A DNA stretch of 64,000 nucleotides. It comes from an uncultured Chthonomonadaceae bacterium. GTDB taxonomy: Bacteria > Armatimonadota > Chthonomonadetes > Chthonomonadales > Chthonomonadaceae. The stretch spans positions 1 through 64,000 of the forward strand of contig CAWIEK010000001.1 of assembly GCA_963835065.1 (NCBI GenBank), in the 5' to 3' direction. Under the pieces are notes generated by a model. That model had not been told where the DNA came from. It searched no databases and saw nothing but the letters and a program-made list of their open reading frames with translations. This document shows positions 1 through 11,500 of the stretch, piece by piece (positions within the stretch are counted from its first letter, which is position 1; the number at the start of each line of letters is the position of its first letter). Made by a program: the position numbers and the translations under genes.

Positions 1-1252
1 GATGGTATTCCATGTCGAAGGCGTGGTCTAAATCCTGCGCGGACAGGCGTTCCTTTACAATCGGGTCGGACTCGATCGCGCTGCGGAAATCTTGCCCGGC
101 CCACGATTTCGCCGCGTTGCGCTGCGCCACGCCATACGCTTCTTCGCGCGACAAGCCCGGATCGGATCAGAGCCAGCATGATCTGCTCGGAAAACACCAG
201 CCCGCCCATCTGTTCCAGATTGCGCTGCATATTTTCGGGATACACGATCAGGCCGTCCAGAATATCGGCGAATTTCCACAGCATCCAGTCCACCAGTGTC
301 GTCGTGTCCGGCAGAATGATGCGCTCCACGCTGCTGTTCGTCAGGTCGCGCTCGTGCCACGTCGCCATGCTTTCCAGCATCGGGATCAGGTTGCCGCGCA
401 CCACCCGCGCCAGTCCGGTAATCGTCTCGGAGTTCCAGGGATTGCGCTTGTGCGGCATGGCGGACGAGCCTTTTTGTCCCTCCGCGAAATACTCCTGCAC
501 TTCCCGGATTTCCGTTCGCGCCATATTGCGGATTTCGGTCGCAAACCGTTCCAGCGACGCCGCGAGAATGGCAAGGGAGGCAACTAGTTGCGCGTGGCGG
601 TCGCGGGCGATGATCTGCGTGGAAATCGGCGCGACGCCCAAGCCCAAATTGCCGCAGACATATCGCTCCACTTCCGGCCCGATATTGGCGTGGGTTCCGA
701 CCGCGCCGGAAATTTTCCCCACGCTGATGGCCGCTCGCGCCTGCTGCAGCCGCTCGATATTGTGGTTCATTTCGTCCAGCCACGTCGCCAGCTTGAACCC
801 GAACGTAATGGGTTCCGCATGGATGCCGTGCGTTCGCCCAATCATCACGGTATCCTTATGTTCGCGCGCCCGCTGCCGAATGACCTCGTTCAGCTCCTCG
901 CTGCGCGAACGATAATCTGATCCGTCGCGTCCCGCAGCAGCAGGGCCAGCGCCGTATCCACAATGTCATAGGAAGTCACGCCATAATGCACGTAGCGGCC
1001 TTCCTCGCCCAGATTTTCCGCGACGTTCTTCACAAACGCCATGACATCATGCCGCGTTTCTTTTTCCAGTTCCGCCATGCGCGCCAGATCGAATGTCGCG
1101 CCCTGCCGGATTTTCTCTGTCGTTCCCGCCGGAATGTGCCCGAAATGCTCCAGCCCGTCGCAAACGGCGATCTCGACATCCAGCCATTTCTGCGTTTTAT
1201 TCTGCGCGCTCCACAGGGCGCGCATCTCCGGCGTCGTATACCGATCAATCAT
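1..1252 (-). CDS. purB: Adenylosuccinate lyase (runs off window edge; apparent frameshifts near 900 and 157)
   Basis: MIDRYTTPEM...ETRHDVMAF...HYGVTSYDIVDTA in ORF 890..1264. A second frame reads MIGRTHGIHAEP and GSSAMPHKRNP (fumarase/lyase signature). GGAG RBS precedes the ATG at 1252. Confidence 0.93.
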
Positions 1253-1272
1253 AGCTTTCTCCATATTAATTC

Positions 1273-1397
1273 ACCACCCGCTTCGCTAGAGACACAGAGG
1301 CACAGAGGGTTCACAGAGTAAGAAAAGGGAAAGGTTTTGTTATTCTCTCGCATTGGTTTTTCCTCTGTGTCTCTGTGTCTCTAGCGAAGCGGGTGGT
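1273..1397. repeat. Intergenic MITE/REP-like element with ~35-bp terminal inverted repeats
   Basis: accacccgcttcgctagagacacagaggcacagag ... ctctgtgtctctgtgtctctagcgaagcgggtggt. Confidence 0.8.
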
Positions 1398-1400
1398 TCA

Positions 1401-3028
1401 TCATTGGTTTTTGCGCAGGACGCGGCCGCCGAGCGTCCGTGTGCGGGCCGTTTTCGTGGGCGACGCGCCCATTGACCAGACGGTTTCGATGCCCTTCGCG
1501 AACTGGTGCGGGTGGTCGAAGGTCGCGCAGTCGGTAACGGTCTCGGGGTTGTAAATCATAATGTCGGCATAGCAGCCCGGCGCAATGCGGCCCCGTTCGT
1601 GATCGAAACCCAGGCGGCGGGCGGGAAGCAGGGTCATTTTGTAGATGGCTTCGGCTTCCGTCAAAATGCCAAGTTCGCGGACATAACGGCCGAGAACGCG
1701 AGGGAACGTGCCATACGTGCGCGGATGGATGTTGGTGGCGTTGGCTTCGCCGTCGGGATGGGTTCCGCTGCCGTCCGAGCCGATCAACGTGAGGGGAAGG
1801 CGCATGACGTGGGCGATGTCGGTTTCGCCAATGGCAAAATTGACCGCGCTGACGTTGCCACCGGTTTCCGCCAGCAGGTCGAGAACGAATTCAATCGGGT
1901 TTTGGCCGGCTTCGCGGGCGAGGTTGGCAATGCGCCGTCCCTGCATGTTCGTGCTGCCGCGGCACACGCCGATCTGCATATTGCGCCAGGGGGAGTCGGG
2001 ACGAGATCGTCCCAATCCGGGTGGGCGGCGCGCATATCCGTTGCAATCGCGCTGACGCTGCGCGGGGTCGGATAGTCGGGCGGTCAGGTCTTCGCCCGAA
2101 CCGTTCAGGGCCCAGCGCGGCAGGGTCTGAATGCTCAGGGCGGTCATAAACGCGGTGTAGGGGTATTGATCCATCTGAACGTCAAGGCCGCGACTCGCGC
2201 TTCGCGCACCATTTGCAGCGTGGTTTGCGCCTTGCCCCAGTTAGCGCGGCCTTCCGCTTTATGGTGCGACAGTTGCAGGGGCAGGTTCGCTCTTTCCGTT
2301 ACGTTCAAGGCTTCCTGCACGGCCTCGACCAGCGTGTCGCCTTCATTGCGCAGGTGCGTGGCGTAAAAGCCGCCCCAATCGGCCACGATCCGGCACAGGT
2401 CGGCAAGTTCGTCTTCCCCGGCATAGGCGGAGGGGGGATATTCCAGCCCGGACGAAAACCCCCAAGCTCCGGCTTTCATGGCGGCTTCCAATTCGCGCCG
2501 CATAGGGGCTTGTTCGTCACCCGTCGGCGCGCGCTCGTCCAGCCCTACCACGCGCTTGCGCAGGGTTCCATGCCCGGCCAGAGGCACATAGTTGGTGGCA
2601 AAGCCCGTGTCTTCCACAATGCGCAGGTGTTCGGCAAAATCGTTCCACATGATGCGAGCACGATACGGAGCCAGCCAGCGCTTTTCAAACGCGAACACAT
2701 CGGCGTTCGTCGCCATTCCCAACGACAGGCCGCAGTTGCCGACAACCTGCGTGGTCACGCCCATGCCGATTGCGCTCGCCTGTCCGGGATCATAAGTTGC
2801 CGAAATGTCGGAATGGGTGTGAATGTCAATAAAGCCGGGCGCAACCCGCTGTCCCTGCGCGTCAATGATTTTTCCCGCCGTGTGCCCGCTTAAATCGCCG
2901 ACGGCAACGATACGCTCCCCTACAATGCCGACATCGGCGAGTTGTAGGGGCGTTCCGGTTCCATCCAGCACGGTTCCGCCGCATACCAGAAGGTCAAACT
3001 TATCGAAATTAGATGGTGACGTGTTCAT
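1401..3028 (-). CDS. N-acyl-D-amino-acid deacylase (D-aminoacylase) family amidohydrolase; frameshifted near 2170 and elsewhere
   Basis: APGFIDIHTHSD, GNCG, YATHLRNE, SHHK, DQYPY and HPRTYGTFPRVLGRYVRE across two ORFs. Confidence 0.9.
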
Positions 3029-3103
3029 TACGCATCATTATAGGCGTTTGCCGCGCTTCCCGTCAAGCCGTCAAGTTTTATGATATGTTTCCTGCACGTT
3101 CGC

Positions 3104-3158
3104 CTTAATGAAGATTTAACACGCGCTTAACGTTCCCTTAAAGCAGCGGTGATACACT
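3104..3158 (+). promoter_or_regulatory. Four YTTAA direct repeats at 11-bp period followed by extended -10 (TGnTACACT); Pho-box/OmpR-family-like operator
   Basis: TTAA at 3105, 3116, 3127, 3138; TG at 3150, TACACT at 3153-3158. Confidence 0.6.
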
Positions 3159-3266
3159 TCAACCGTTTTCCGATGCCCTGCCCGCTATGAGAAAACTTGC
3201 AATCTTACGCCTATTGCGCGCCGTGCCGGCCTTTTGCTTTCACGCGAATTTCAAAGGAGAACTGTC

Positions 3267-4331
3267 TTGAAGCATCCAATCTCGAATACCCGACGCCGAA
3301 CATCCAACACCCAATACCCAACACCAAGCACAGGGAACAGGGAACAGGGAACAGGGAACAGGAACCTGTTACTCAACGCTCAACGCTCAACGCTCAACGC
3401 TTTCACCCTGATCGAACTGCTCGTCGTGATCGCCATTATCGCGATTCTCGCGGCGATTCTGTTCCCGGTTTTCGCGCAGGCGCGGGCCAAAGCCCGCCAG
3501 ACTACGTGCCTTTCCAACCTGAACCAGATGGGCAAAGCGACCATCATGTACGTGCAGGACTACGATGAAACTTTCTACCCGCACCGCTGGAACTGCCAGC
3601 CAACGGCTTCGGGCGCGGCAGGGGGTATCTGCCCGGAATATGTCGGCAATCCCGCCGCGTCCAAGTTCAGCGGCGGCTCCGAGCAGCGCTTGTACTGGAT
3701 GTTCCTGCTGCAGCCTTACGTAAAGAACTATCAGGTGTTTGGCGACACCAGCAACCCCATGGCCTTTTACGCCAATTCCGGCCCGACGCTGACCTGCGCG
3801 GCTGCCGGGTGTGTGGGAACCAACTACGGCGGGCAGAACAGCTACGGCCACAACGACGCCTGGATGGCTCCCGCGCAGGCGTTCAACGGCAGCACCAATG
3901 TCGCGGTTGTCAGCCTTGCCGCGATTCCGCGCCCGTCGGGTACTATTCTCGTCACGGATGCTTCCTACTACGGCGTCGTGCCTGACCTTAACAACGAGAG
4001 CGGCCAGCTGCAGGTCGCCAACTGCGTCAACGGCAACAACTGCGCCGTCGAACTGGCGTACATCAACAATCAGGGCGCGCAGTACAAGAGCTACTGGAAA
4101 AACATCGGCAACGCCAACTGGAGCTACAGTCAGGGCGACAGCGGCCCGCTGGCGGCGGGCGCGTCCGGGATGCCGCAGGCGGCGATAAATCTGGGCAAAG
4201 CGCGTCACAACGATCAGGTGGACGTTCAGTTCGTGGACGGCCACACCAAAGCGATTCCGTACAATCGTGTCATCGGTGACGTGTGCCTGTGGACAACGGA
4301 CGCCGAAGGCGCGCATCCCAAGTGCAACTAG
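3267..4331 (+). CDS. Prepilin-type N-methylation / DUF1559-like protein with C-terminal H-X9-DG motif
   Basis: [65 protein letters not shown] before TTG at 3267. Confidence 0.9.
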   Translation: MKHPISNTRRRTSNTQYPTPSTGNREQGTGNRNLLLNAQRSTLNAFTLIELLVVIAIIAILAAILFPVFAQARAKARQTTCLSNLNQMGKATIMYVQDYDETFYPHRWNCQPTASGAAGGICPEYVGNPAASKFSGGSEQRLYWMFLLQPYVKNYQVFGDTSNPMAFYANSGPTLTCAAAGCVGTNYGGQNSYGHNDAWMAPAQAFNGSTNVAVVSLAAIPRPSGTILVTDASYYGVVPDLNNESGQLQVANCVNGNNCAVELAYINNQGAQYKSYWKNIGNANWSYSQGDSGPLAAGASGMPQAAINLGKARHNDQVDVQFVDGHTKAIPYNRVIGDVCLWTTDAEGAHPKCN

Positions 4332-4333
4332 AA

Positions 4334-4410
4334 GCCCTCAATCCCTAACCCCTTCTCCTCAAAACGCATTTCAAAAGCTTAGCGGAAATGCGTTTTGAGG
4401 AGAAGGGGAA
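4334..4410. repeat. REP-like element (CCCTCAATCCCT-ACCCCTTCTCC family) with long hairpin; may also act as terminator
   Basis: ccccttctcctcaaaacgcatttc ... gaaatgcgttttgaggagaagggga; relatives at 7080, 12445-12488 (reverse) and 19830. Confidence 0.7.
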
Positions 4411-4883
4411 CCTATTGAGATAGGCTCTAAACGAAAAAGATAGAAATATGTAGAGTCATCGTCGAAATCTTGGCAATGCAGCGCTTCCAGCCCGATGTCT
4501 CGTTGTGTCAGGTTGTAGGAGAGAGGCGTCGTGACCTCAGCAGCGTCAGGGCGGACGGGAGTGGACAGGCATCTTCTTGCGCCTCCCTTCCTGAGTTGAT
4601 AGTTGATAGGAACTGCCAACGTTCAGCCTTTGTGCCTTTATAGTAGATACTTGTACTACTTAGACAGATTGTGTGGGGCAAAAGGTTCACCTTTTTTCGT
4701 GTTGTTTGGCTTTTTTGCTGTCTTTTTCTTTTCCGCTGGTTTTTGTTTGCGGGATGGCTGTTGTTGGCGTTGTGCAAGGGAACCTATCGTGACATGATAC
4801 GGTGGTTCCCTGTTGCTTTTTGTGGTGTTGAGGCTTTAAGCGAAGTCGTTTGAAAATAATTGTGAAATTTCTACATTGGCCTC

Positions 4884-4912
4884 TTGCCAACGGCGCGGTA
4901 TTGCTTTATACT
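4884..4912 (+). promoter_or_regulatory. Sigma70-type promoter upstream of the RHS locus
   Basis: TTGCCA-17bp-TATACT. Confidence 0.7.
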
Positions 4913-5230
4913 TTAATCAGCCCCGAAGCTAAAGGCTGTTGTTGAACTTGCAGCCTGATTTATCCTCCGTTTTGTTGCTTTTCCTTTTTCCCTTTCGACT
5001 TGTGCCCGCTTGTTGGCGGCATCGGTCTTCCGGTTTGCCTTGCCTTGCGTCGTGTAGCCGTTCTTGTGCGGATAAGGTGTGCGCCGGGGGTGTTTCCTGC
5101 CCCGGAGAGTGCGTTCCTTTTTGCCTTGCTTGCGCGTGTGCGTGGTTGCTGGAAGCTGATGCGGCGTGTTGTTCCTCCTCCGCAGCGCTTTCCCATTCAG
5201 GTGTCAGGTATCAGGTGTCAGGTATTGGGC

Positions 5231-5328
5231 TTAGAGCCTCTCCCAATAGGCCGGGTATTGCCTAACCCGGCAGGAAAGTGCAAGCGTCTTTCAGACGCGA
5301 ATTCGCGTCTATCGGGATAGGCTCTTAG
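5231..5328. mobile_element. ~100-bp MITE-like element with imperfect terminal inverted repeats
   Basis: ttagagcctctcccaatag ... ctatcgggataggctcttag; a similar lone end ctattgagataggctctaa at 4412-4430. Confidence 0.55.
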
Positions 5329-5382
5329 ATCTTCTTACCCAATATTCAACACCGAATACCCTCTTTATAAGGAGTTCTCAGG

Positions 5383-7080
5383 ATGCTGGCTGCTGGAAGG
5401 GTAGGTTCAGGCAGGCGCGCTGTAACCGTATGTTCGCTATCATTGCCATTTATGAGCGCGTGTTCGCAGTGGAGGCGGGCGTTGCCTGGGCTGCTGTGGC
5501 TGTGGGGCGTGTGTGCCCTCAGTTCCCACGTGGGCGCGCAGACGCTGACGGGGGTGAGCGTGTCGCCGTCAAGCGTCATCGGCGGCTTGCAGACCAATCT
5601 CAGCGTTACCCTCAGCGCCCCGGCTCCCCCTGGTGGCCTGAGCGTTTCGCTGGGCTGCAATCCGGCGGGCGCGGTGGGACTGGACGCGAATACGCCCTTT
5701 CCCACAACCGTTACGGTTCCCGCCGGGCAAAGCGGTTGCAGCTACGCGGCGCTGACCAGCACCGCCAATGCGCCCACGCCGATTACGATTACGGCCACAT
5801 TGGGAACACAGTCGCAAACGACCACGCTCACGCTGCTGCCGGCGCATTTGCGGGTGACGAAAGTGATGCCCGCTTCCACGCTGCGCCTGCAATGGGATCA
5901 GACCAACTACAGTTTCTTCCAACTCCTGCGCGACGGCAGCCTGCTTGCCACGCTTCCGGGCAGTACCCTGACCTATGACGACGCCATTGCGGGGGGCTTT
6001 GCTCCCAACCACACGTATGTGTACACGCTGCTGGGACAAAGCAACGGCAGTTATGCGCAGATAGACATGGAGATGGTCATTCCCGGCAGCGTGACAACGG
6101 CGGGCAGCAACCAGGCGGTAGACAGCCGGCTGGACTTGCGCTACAGCGACAACCATCTGCTGGATCATGTGTTCGGCGCGACCACGTACCGGGGCGGCTT
6201 GTTCGTGGGCTACAGCAGCGATCCCGCGAAGGTGGGACGCAGTTTCGCCCGCTTCGGCCCATTCACGGGGGGACAGCCGACGAACTCCTGCTGGCGCGAA
6301 GGCAACATCAGCGCGTACTTTACGGGCATGGCGGGGCAGTCGGCAGGCAGCGTGAATGTGGGCTGTCAGGCGATTGCGGACGCGGGCTGGGATTACAGCA
6401 AGCTGGTCTGGAGCCTGACCGACCCGACGATCACGCCCTCCGCGCCAAGTTTCACGCCGGGCGCGGCCACGAACGGGGTTGCCATCAGCTATGACCCGGC
6501 CAACCCCCTTGTGGGCTGGCAGACGTGGGACTTGAGCAGTGTGCTGCACAGCGCCGTGATCGGCAGTCTACCGCTTTCCGTCGTATGGGCGGCCCTAGAT
6601 GAGACGAGCGCGGGGTGGGCGTACTTTGCCAAAACGGAGTACAACGCGAGTTTAGGACCGCGCGCTTTGTGGGCGTGGACGCTTCCCTACCCCATTTCCG
6701 GCTGCATCCAGCAGGCTGGCGGTTCGACGGGGCCGCCAACGGAATCAGGATGCATCTCGCCTTCGTCGGCTTCAATCACGCTGAACATGCACGGACTGGG
6801 CGTGGGTGACAGCGTGGTGGTGACGCTCACCGACACTTACAATGGCGGGAATGCCCTGCCGACCCAGGTGACGGTGACGGGCTTGCAGTGTCGGTTCCAA
6901 TTGCCCGTCGGCTACATTCACGGCAACGGCAGTGGCTGGCAAATCCAAGTGGGGGCGACGTGCAATGGCGTGTCGTCCGGGGGCAGTTTGACCAACCTGT
7001 CTACGGCGGTGAATTGCGCGGGCAGTGGCGGCAGCCTCGGTCCTCCGGTGGGCGGCGGCGGGTTGTCGCCGGGAGGATAG
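5383..7080 (+). CDS. Secreted beta-rich protein (Ig/FN3-like N-terminal part, DNRLRE-like central domain)
   Basis: TAAGGAG RBS; signal-like ...GLLWLWGVCALSSHVGAQ; Thr/Ser-rich; GRSFARF...WQTWDLS...AYFAKTEY...GPRALW pattern; domain names inferred. Confidence 0.7.
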   Translation: MLAAGRVGSGRRAVTVCSLSLPFMSACSQWRRALPGLLWLWGVCALSSHVGAQTLTGVSVSPSSVIGGLQTNLSVTLSAPAPPGGLSVSLGCNPAGAVGLDANTPFPTTVTVPAGQSGCSYAALTSTANAPTPITITATLGTQSQTTTLTLLPAHLRVTKVMPASTLRLQWDQTNYSFFQLLRDGSLLATLPGSTLTYDDAIAGGFAPNHTYVYTLLGQSNGSYAQIDMEMVIPGSVTTAGSNQAVDSRLDLRYSDNHLLDHVFGATTYRGGLFVGYSSDPAKVGRSFARFGPFTGGQPTNSCWREGNISAYFTGMAGQSAGSVNVGCQAIADAGWDYSKLVWSLTDPTITPSAPSFTPGAATNGVAISYDPANPLVGWQTWDLSSVLHSAVIGSLPLSVVWAALDETSAGWAYFAKTEYNASLGPRALWAWTLPYPISGCIQQAGGSTGPPTESGCISPSSASITLNMHGLGVGDSVVVTLTDTYNGGNALPTQVTVTGLQCRFQLPVGYIHGNGSGWQIQVGATCNGVSSGGSLTNLSTAVNCAGSGGSLGPPVGGGGLSPGG

Positions 7081-7128
7081 CCCTCAACCCCCGGCCCCTT
7101 CTCCCAAAAAAGCCTGGGAGAAGGGGAG
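7080..7128. repeat. REP-like hairpin (same family as 4334)
   Basis: gccctcaacccccggccccttctcccaaaaaagcctgggagaagggga. Confidence 0.65.
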
Positions 7129-7219
7129 ATGTTACACATAAAGCGGGGAGTGGCTAGATACACGTAGGGCTGCGGGAACATTGGCATTGGGCGCGGCGGG
7201 GCCGTGAGGAAAATACAGC

Positions 7220-8359
7220 ATGAACAGCAGACATGGCGTGAAGAGCAGAAATGGCATAACGAAGGCGGGCGCGGCGGGAATGGCGGGACGGCGGCGCGTG
7301 GGCGGGATGGTGGTGGCGGCGCTCGTAGGCGGCGTGACCATAGGTGGCCTGGGACTGCACCGGTGGCGGCAGGGGCAGGCGCACAATCCGCGCGTGTACA
7401 CGAGCGCGGGGCTGGGCGGCTGGATTGCGCCGGAAACGGGCAAGCCGCAGGCTGCGCCCAATCCTGACGATCCCCTTGTTGGACTGCGGGCGGACTACCG
7501 GGCGGGGAAGTGGGCGGACGTGGACCGGGAAGCGGCGGACGTGATGCAGCGGCAGCAGGACAGTGGGGAGGCGGGCAAGCGGCAGCAGGCGGGACAGGCG
7601 GAACTGCTGGCGGCATACGCAAGCGCGTGGCGCAAGGATTATGCGACGGCAGAAGCGCGGTTCCTGCGCGTCCAGCGGCTGGCGGGAGAACTGCCGGATC
7701 ATGGAGCGCGGAAAGTGCTTGTCGGCGAGATGCCCCTGCCGACATTGGAGGAAGAGGCCGGGTTCCAACATGCCGTCTGCGTGGGCGCGGCAGGGGATAA
7801 GCAGGGCGCGGAAGCGGAATACGATGACTTTATGCGGCAGTACCCGCAGAGCATTCTGGTTCATGCGGCGATCAAGCGCGTGACAAGGCTGCATGGGGGC
7901 GACATTCCCGCCGATGCCGAAGCCTTGTGGACGCAGGCCATGCGGCAGCAGAAAGCCAAGCAGGCGCGGGCGCAACGCGAAGGGGCGTTGTGCGGGCCGG
8001 AGTGTCTGGCGGAAGTGCTGCGGCGGCAGGGGAAAAGCGTGGAGGTTCACGCGCTGGCCGGGGAGATGCAGACGGGTGCGGACGGCACGAGTTTGCGGCA
8101 GTTGGCACGGGTGGCGAAAGCGCATGGATGGGCGGCGGTGGGCGTGGAACTGACGCAGGCAGGGTTGGGGAAGCAGGCATTGCCCTTGATCGCGCTGCTC
8201 AAGCCGGGGCATTATGTGCTGGTGGAGCGGGTGAGTGGGCAGGGCGTGAGGGTGTGGAACCCGGACGCGGAGGGCACGGGCCGAGCGGGAACAAAGACGT
8301 ACACTTTGGCGGAATGGCAGGGGGTGTGGAGCGGCATAGCGTTAAGCGTTGAGCGTTGA
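7220..8359 (+). CDS. Membrane-anchored TPR-like protein with C-terminal C39-family cysteine peptidase domain
   Basis: N-terminal TM (VGGMVVAALVGGVTIGGLGL), helical middle, then Q..ALCGPECLA...GTSLRQLARVAKAHG...LPLIALLKPGHYVLV...VRVWNP (Cys-His-Asn in place of the usual Asp). Confidence 0.85.
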   Translation: MNSRHGVKSRNGITKAGAAGMAGRRRVGGMVVAALVGGVTIGGLGLHRWRQGQAHNPRVYTSAGLGGWIAPETGKPQAAPNPDDPLVGLRADYRAGKWADVDREAADVMQRQQDSGEAGKRQQAGQAELLAAYASAWRKDYATAEARFLRVQRLAGELPDHGARKVLVGEMPLPTLEEEAGFQHAVCVGAAGDKQGAEAEYDDFMRQYPQSILVHAAIKRVTRLHGGDIPADAEALWTQAMRQQKAKQARAQREGALCGPECLAEVLRRQGKSVEVHALAGEMQTGADGTSLRQLARVAKAHGWAAVGVELTQAGLGKQALPLIALLKPGHYVLVERVSGQGVRVWNPDAEGTGRAGTKTYTLAEWQGVWSGIALSVER

Positions 8360-8533
8360 GGGTTGAGGGGGAGAGAGTAGCCGCGAATGAACGCGAATGA
8401 ACGCGAATGGGTGGGAGAGGTTGGCGGCGGCTACTTTCTTTTTTCTCCTTCTTTGCTGTGAAGTGTGGCAGGAACGCAGGAATTGGCGGGGCGTGTTGCG
8501 AATGTGGGTTTGTACGTCGGGAGCGGAGACGCA

Positions 8534-11500
8534 ATGAACACGAACATCATTTTTGGGTTGGGGCAGGGTCGGGGCGTGTTTGGCGAGGGCGCGGCGCAGG
8601 TGGGTCGTTTCGGCTGGAAGATGCGGAGTACGGCGCTTGTGGTGGCGCTGACATCGGGGGGGCTGCCGCTTGCCCTCAACGCGGCGCGGTGCGAGCAGGC
8701 GCGGCGGATTGCCGAAGCGAACAAGCCGCGCGTGGTCAATGAACTGCGGCCTGGCACAACGGACAAATTATCGCCGGAGCAGTGGGCGCAGGTGGATGCG
8801 CAGCGAGCAAAGGCACAGGCGGCAAAGCAGGCCAAGAAGCCCGATGTGCGCGTTCTCTCGGCTGCGGAGATGGCGCAGTGGAAGGGAAGCGGGCCGTACC
8901 GCAACAAGTATTGCGCGGGAACCCTGCCCTGGCATCGCAGTCTGCGGGACGTGAACCTGTGCAACGGCAACCTGTTCAAGAGCTTCACGGATGTGCAGGT
9001 GTCGCCGGGCAGAGGGGCAGGACTGGCCTTGCAGCGCACGTACAACTCTCAGGACGACCGACCCGGCGCGTTCGGAACCGGCTGGACACATGCGTATGAC
9101 ATTCGCATGGAGGAAGAGAACCCAAGCACCAACGAGACGAGCGACAGCCTCAACGTTGCGGATAGGACAGACTTCTTCGGCGGCAAGCACAAGTACCACC
9201 GGGATGCGGATGGCTTGTACTCCCCGCCTGCTTACCTCTTCGATGAGACGCAGAGCAGCTACCAGCAGTTCCTTGTCTCTGGGCCGGTTGTGCCGTTGGA
9301 TGATACCGAGACGGGCATGGATGGCACGGTCAAGCACTTCGTGAAGGTGAGCGACAACTGGCGGGCGTGTGACTACATTCAGGACCGGTATGGCAGCCGC
9401 ACCACCCTTGTGTATGGCGCCAGTGTCAACGGCAGCAGCGTTCCTACCCTGCTCTCGACGGTAACTGATCCTGTGGGGCGGCAGTTGGTGTTCACGTGGA
9501 ACAACTTAGGCACGACAGCGCAGCCTATTTACCGGATTGTGCAGGTAGACAGTCCGCAGTACAGCGTCGCCTACAGCTACAACGCGGATGCCAACCTCAG
9601 CAGCGTGACCCTTGATCCGGGCATGGTGGGAACCGGGCATCTGAACCGCACGACAAGCTACGGCTACAAGCGTGACGGGGCAGAATGGAACCGAAACCGG
9701 GCTGTTGGCGCGTCACTGACCCGCTTGGTCACACGATGAGTACACTACAGCTTGCCTGCGAGTGGCAGCTACACGGGACGGCATGGGTGACAGGAGCCAG
9801 TGGACCGGCCAGCAACAACGGACAAGCACGCAACCCTGACATGGACGTTCACGCCCCAGGCGGTGCAGGACACGTATCCGTTCAGCTGCATCGCCCCAAC
9901 AACGCGGGGTTGAGCGTCCTGTGCAAGACGGACAGCCAGTTGCGCAGCATGGCTTGCGGATGAGCGGCGTGTACATGTATCTAAGCTGGTACGACAGCGC
10001 CAACAACGTCACGCAGCAGACGAACACAGGCGGCAACCTCAGTCTGTTCAACCAACTCTGTGCGCCAACTCCGGCTCTACGGACCAGTTTATGACCTATG
10101 GGCCGCATGGCAACGTGCTGACCAGCAGCTGACTGCTTCCGACCCGAACGCGCCGAAAAATACGACAAGCTACTACAACGGCAGCCAGTTCTTCCAGAAG
10201 AAGTCTGTCACGGACATGAACGGGCACACAAGCACGTTCGGCGTCGGCAGCAAGTATGCGGGAACGGCAGGCGACCCGGACACCAACGCGGGAGACCGAG
10301 GCAGCGTGTTGTGGGTTAAGGATGCCAAGTACGGCGATGGAACTCTCAACAATACGGGAACACGCTTCTCCTACGCCTACAACAGCTACGGGCAGAAGAC
10401 AAGCGAGACAAACCAGAACGGCGTTGTGACCAACTACACGTATGGAGATGCCTACGGGAACTTGACGCAGGTTGTGCAAGACCCCAATCCACAGGGACAA
10501 TCCGGCCATCTTGCCCGCACCACCAGCATAGCGTATGACCAAGTGGGGCATGTTCTCACGTCCACTGATCCGATGGGACAGCAAAGCACATTCAACTACA
10601 ATGTGCTTGGACAGCCTACGTCCGCCGCTTTCCCCGCCACCTTCAACGCGCAAAACGTGCAGCAAACGCCTGCCGAAACCGTCAGCTACGGCTATGGCGC
10701 AAACGGCAGAACCGAAAGCGTCAGCGACAATCGTGGAACTACAACTCTGGCTTACGAGAGCAACAGTGACCGGGTTCATAGCACAACCGATCCTGTGACC
10801 GGCGCAACAACCTACACCTATGGATTGGCCGGAGAACGTCTGAGCATGAGTTTACCCGGCGGCGGCAGTTGGACATACGGGTATGACCGCGCCAACGTGA
10901 CAGGCTGCCTGAGCAAAGACGACCCCAACAGCCTCAATCACAGCCTTGCCACGCTCGCCGATGATCAGGGCAGACGCATAGACGTGTACCTTGACCAGAG
11001 CGGCAGATGTTGGGAAACGCTGACCAATGAGGCGTTTTCCGGCACAAACCTCGTTAGTTACACGGATACGCTCCCTACCTTCGACACGTTGCACAAGTGG
11101 CTGACGCAGTTGCAGAACACCTACCATTACCAGAATGCGCAGCAGCAATGGCAAAGCAAGTTGCTCGTGCAGAACAACTACACACTCGACAACGCAGGGC
11201 AACGGCTTACCAACCAGATCAGCAGTCTTGATCCTGTAACGGGCAATCCAACAAGCCGGACAGAGCAGTATGGCTATGATGCGTTGAACCGACTGACAAC
11301 TGTGGATTATGGTGACGGGCAGACGCAGGGCTACACGTTCGACAGCATGGGCAACCGCCTGACGAAAACGGACAGCAGCACAGGCAATGAGAGCTATGTC
11401 GCCAACGCCGCCAACATGCTCACGAGCCGAACTGTGGGAGGAACAACAAGCAGCTATACCAATGACACCAATGGCAATACGCTCACAGGAGGTGGACGCA

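Noticed and set aside
880..920. Programmed frameshift in purB
   Set aside because: No slippery heptamer or stimulatory structure; indels are widespread, so error is more likely.
4371..5320. Several short ORFs on both strands
   Set aside because: Low-complexity translations caused by base skew, with no RBS or family motifs.
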